Shown: positions 62,801 through 64,000 of the stretch, one piece after another | Numbering within the stretch: position 1 is the stretch's first letter | Layout of the letters: each line of letters starts with the position of its first letter | NCBI RefSeq assembly: GCF_009914755.1 | Contig: NC_060938.1 | Length of the DNA: 64,000 nt | Direction: 5' to 3' (one strand) | DNA from: the human T2T-CHM13v2.0 reference genome, Homo sapiens | Notes under the pieces: model-generated | Database searches by the model: none | Seen by the model: the letters and a program-made list of their open reading frames with translations, nothing else | What the model was told of the DNA's origin: nothing | Program-made: the position numbers and the translations under genes

Positions 62801-64000
62801 AAGCAGGAGACAATGCTCCCACGTAACAGGGACCCTCCGTGGAAGAAGGAAGACATTCTTGTTACCAGAGATGGGGGCAGCTGAGGTTGAGAGAAAACTA
62901 CAAATAAACCTTGTTAAACTAGCCCTTATCTCCCTAGCCACTTCTCCACGATTAACAGCCCTAGCCCATATCCCTTTGACTTGTTTTCACAATTTACTGT
63001 TCTTTGTCTAACTTAGTATATAAGCATCCACTCAGACTGGTTCATTTCCAGAAGGCTTCCATGCCATGTAAAACTTACATTAAATAAATGTGTATGCTTT
63101 TCACTTTTTAATCTGCCTTCTGTTACAGAGCCCCGCCTTAGAACTTAAGACAAATAAGAAAGATATTTCCTCCCCTACATTATCTGGATTTCTCCATGAA
63201 ACACCCATTATGGCATAGACAAATTGGTTACTATCTTAAGTAAACATTGGTAGGAAAACTTTGAAAAGGCAACTGAGCTTACTTTTGGGTCATGTGTCAC
63301 CTGTCAAAAATATAACTCTGGAAAAACTGTAAAGTTGGGACATGGCCAGAAACCAAAGCCTCTTTGGACACCTTCGGACTGTTACATGGAATAAAACCTT
63401 AGACAAGTGTACATTTTAGCTGAGTTTATTTGAGCAAAGAAAAGCAGAACAAAACAAAGCAAACAAAGCAAAAACAAAACAAAAAAAAGCAGTTCAAAAA
63501 TCAGGCACGATTTGGAACTAGAGGAAATTCAGAGAACTCCAACCAATGACATAATCTGATAGCATTTATAGGAGACAAAAGAAGCATGGTACAGAGGCAG
63601 CTTAATTGGTTAATTGGTTACAGAGTCTCCTGCAATTAGTTAAAGCTCAGCTGCAACATATTGTAAGCCTGTAAACAACTAAGCCTAACAGATCAAACAA
63701 CACACCGTATCTGTTTGATCTGTTAGGCTTAGTGCAGGAGCCCAGTCCAAATCAATGGCCTTGCTTAAATTTTATTTCACAAGACACTTCACCGGCTTTC
63801 ACTCTCCCTGGGATTTGAATATGTTTTAGATATTGTATGTCTGTTTTCAGGATGAGTTGAAGAATTTCTTTGCCAAAATGCTACAGCCCTTACAGCCGTG
63901 AACAAGCTGCTTGATTTTATGTTTTCAATCTGGGGCATCCCACCTTTTATATCAAGTGACTGAGGCACACACTTTAAGGCGACCTTTATAAAAGAACTCT
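59900..64000 (+). pseudogene. Decayed ERV pol remnant (RT tether, RNase H, integrase); runs off the right edge
   Basis: FIDG at ~60414; SAQIAK...ANIYTDCRYAF; GNSLADHYAK; integrase H..H..CVTC at ~63197-63305; core ISSD*GTHF at ~63950. Confidence 0.8.
60461..63781. mobile_element. Solo LTRs nested in the pol remnant: ~60461-61824 (holding LTR ~60699-61164 and Alu 61390-61672), ~62685-63179, 63380-63781; Alu at 62034-62340
   Basis: TG...CA ends; near-TSD ggac/agac for the last; pol motifs resume after each insert. Confidence 0.7.

Overview
Primate DNA, almost certainly human, from the RNase A superfamily cluster at chr14q11.2. It holds four secreted-protein genes, each with a short non-coding exon 1 and a single coding exon: EDDM3A (+, 2694-3137), EDDM3B (+, 25265-25708), RNASE6 (+, 36821-37273) and RNASE1 (-, 57040-57510). 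EDDM3A and EDDM3B lie in an old tandem duplication (<=1-6450 vs ~23125-30785). Between them is a nest of decayed class I endogenous retroviruses: a tRNA-Arg-primed fragment, a MER61-like solo LTR with a triple p53 half-site, and a near-complete tRNA-Ile-primed provirus with both LTRs. The rest is about 45 Alus, solo LTRs, L1/L2, MaLR and DNA-transposon fossils, a TA/CG minisatellite and a further pol remnant at the right end. Most entries in the ORF track are Alu- or repeat-derived noise. The least expected signals are several locally templated copy events (a 52-bp copy of the RNASE1 3'UTR inside an LTR, an 87-bp inverted copy inside a MER4 LTR, a perfect 22-bp-stem hairpin) and a ~100-codon open frame fused upstream of an ERV gag start. 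I see no convincing wholly new multi-gene system. Repeat subfamily names are from memory and repeat boundaries are approximate.
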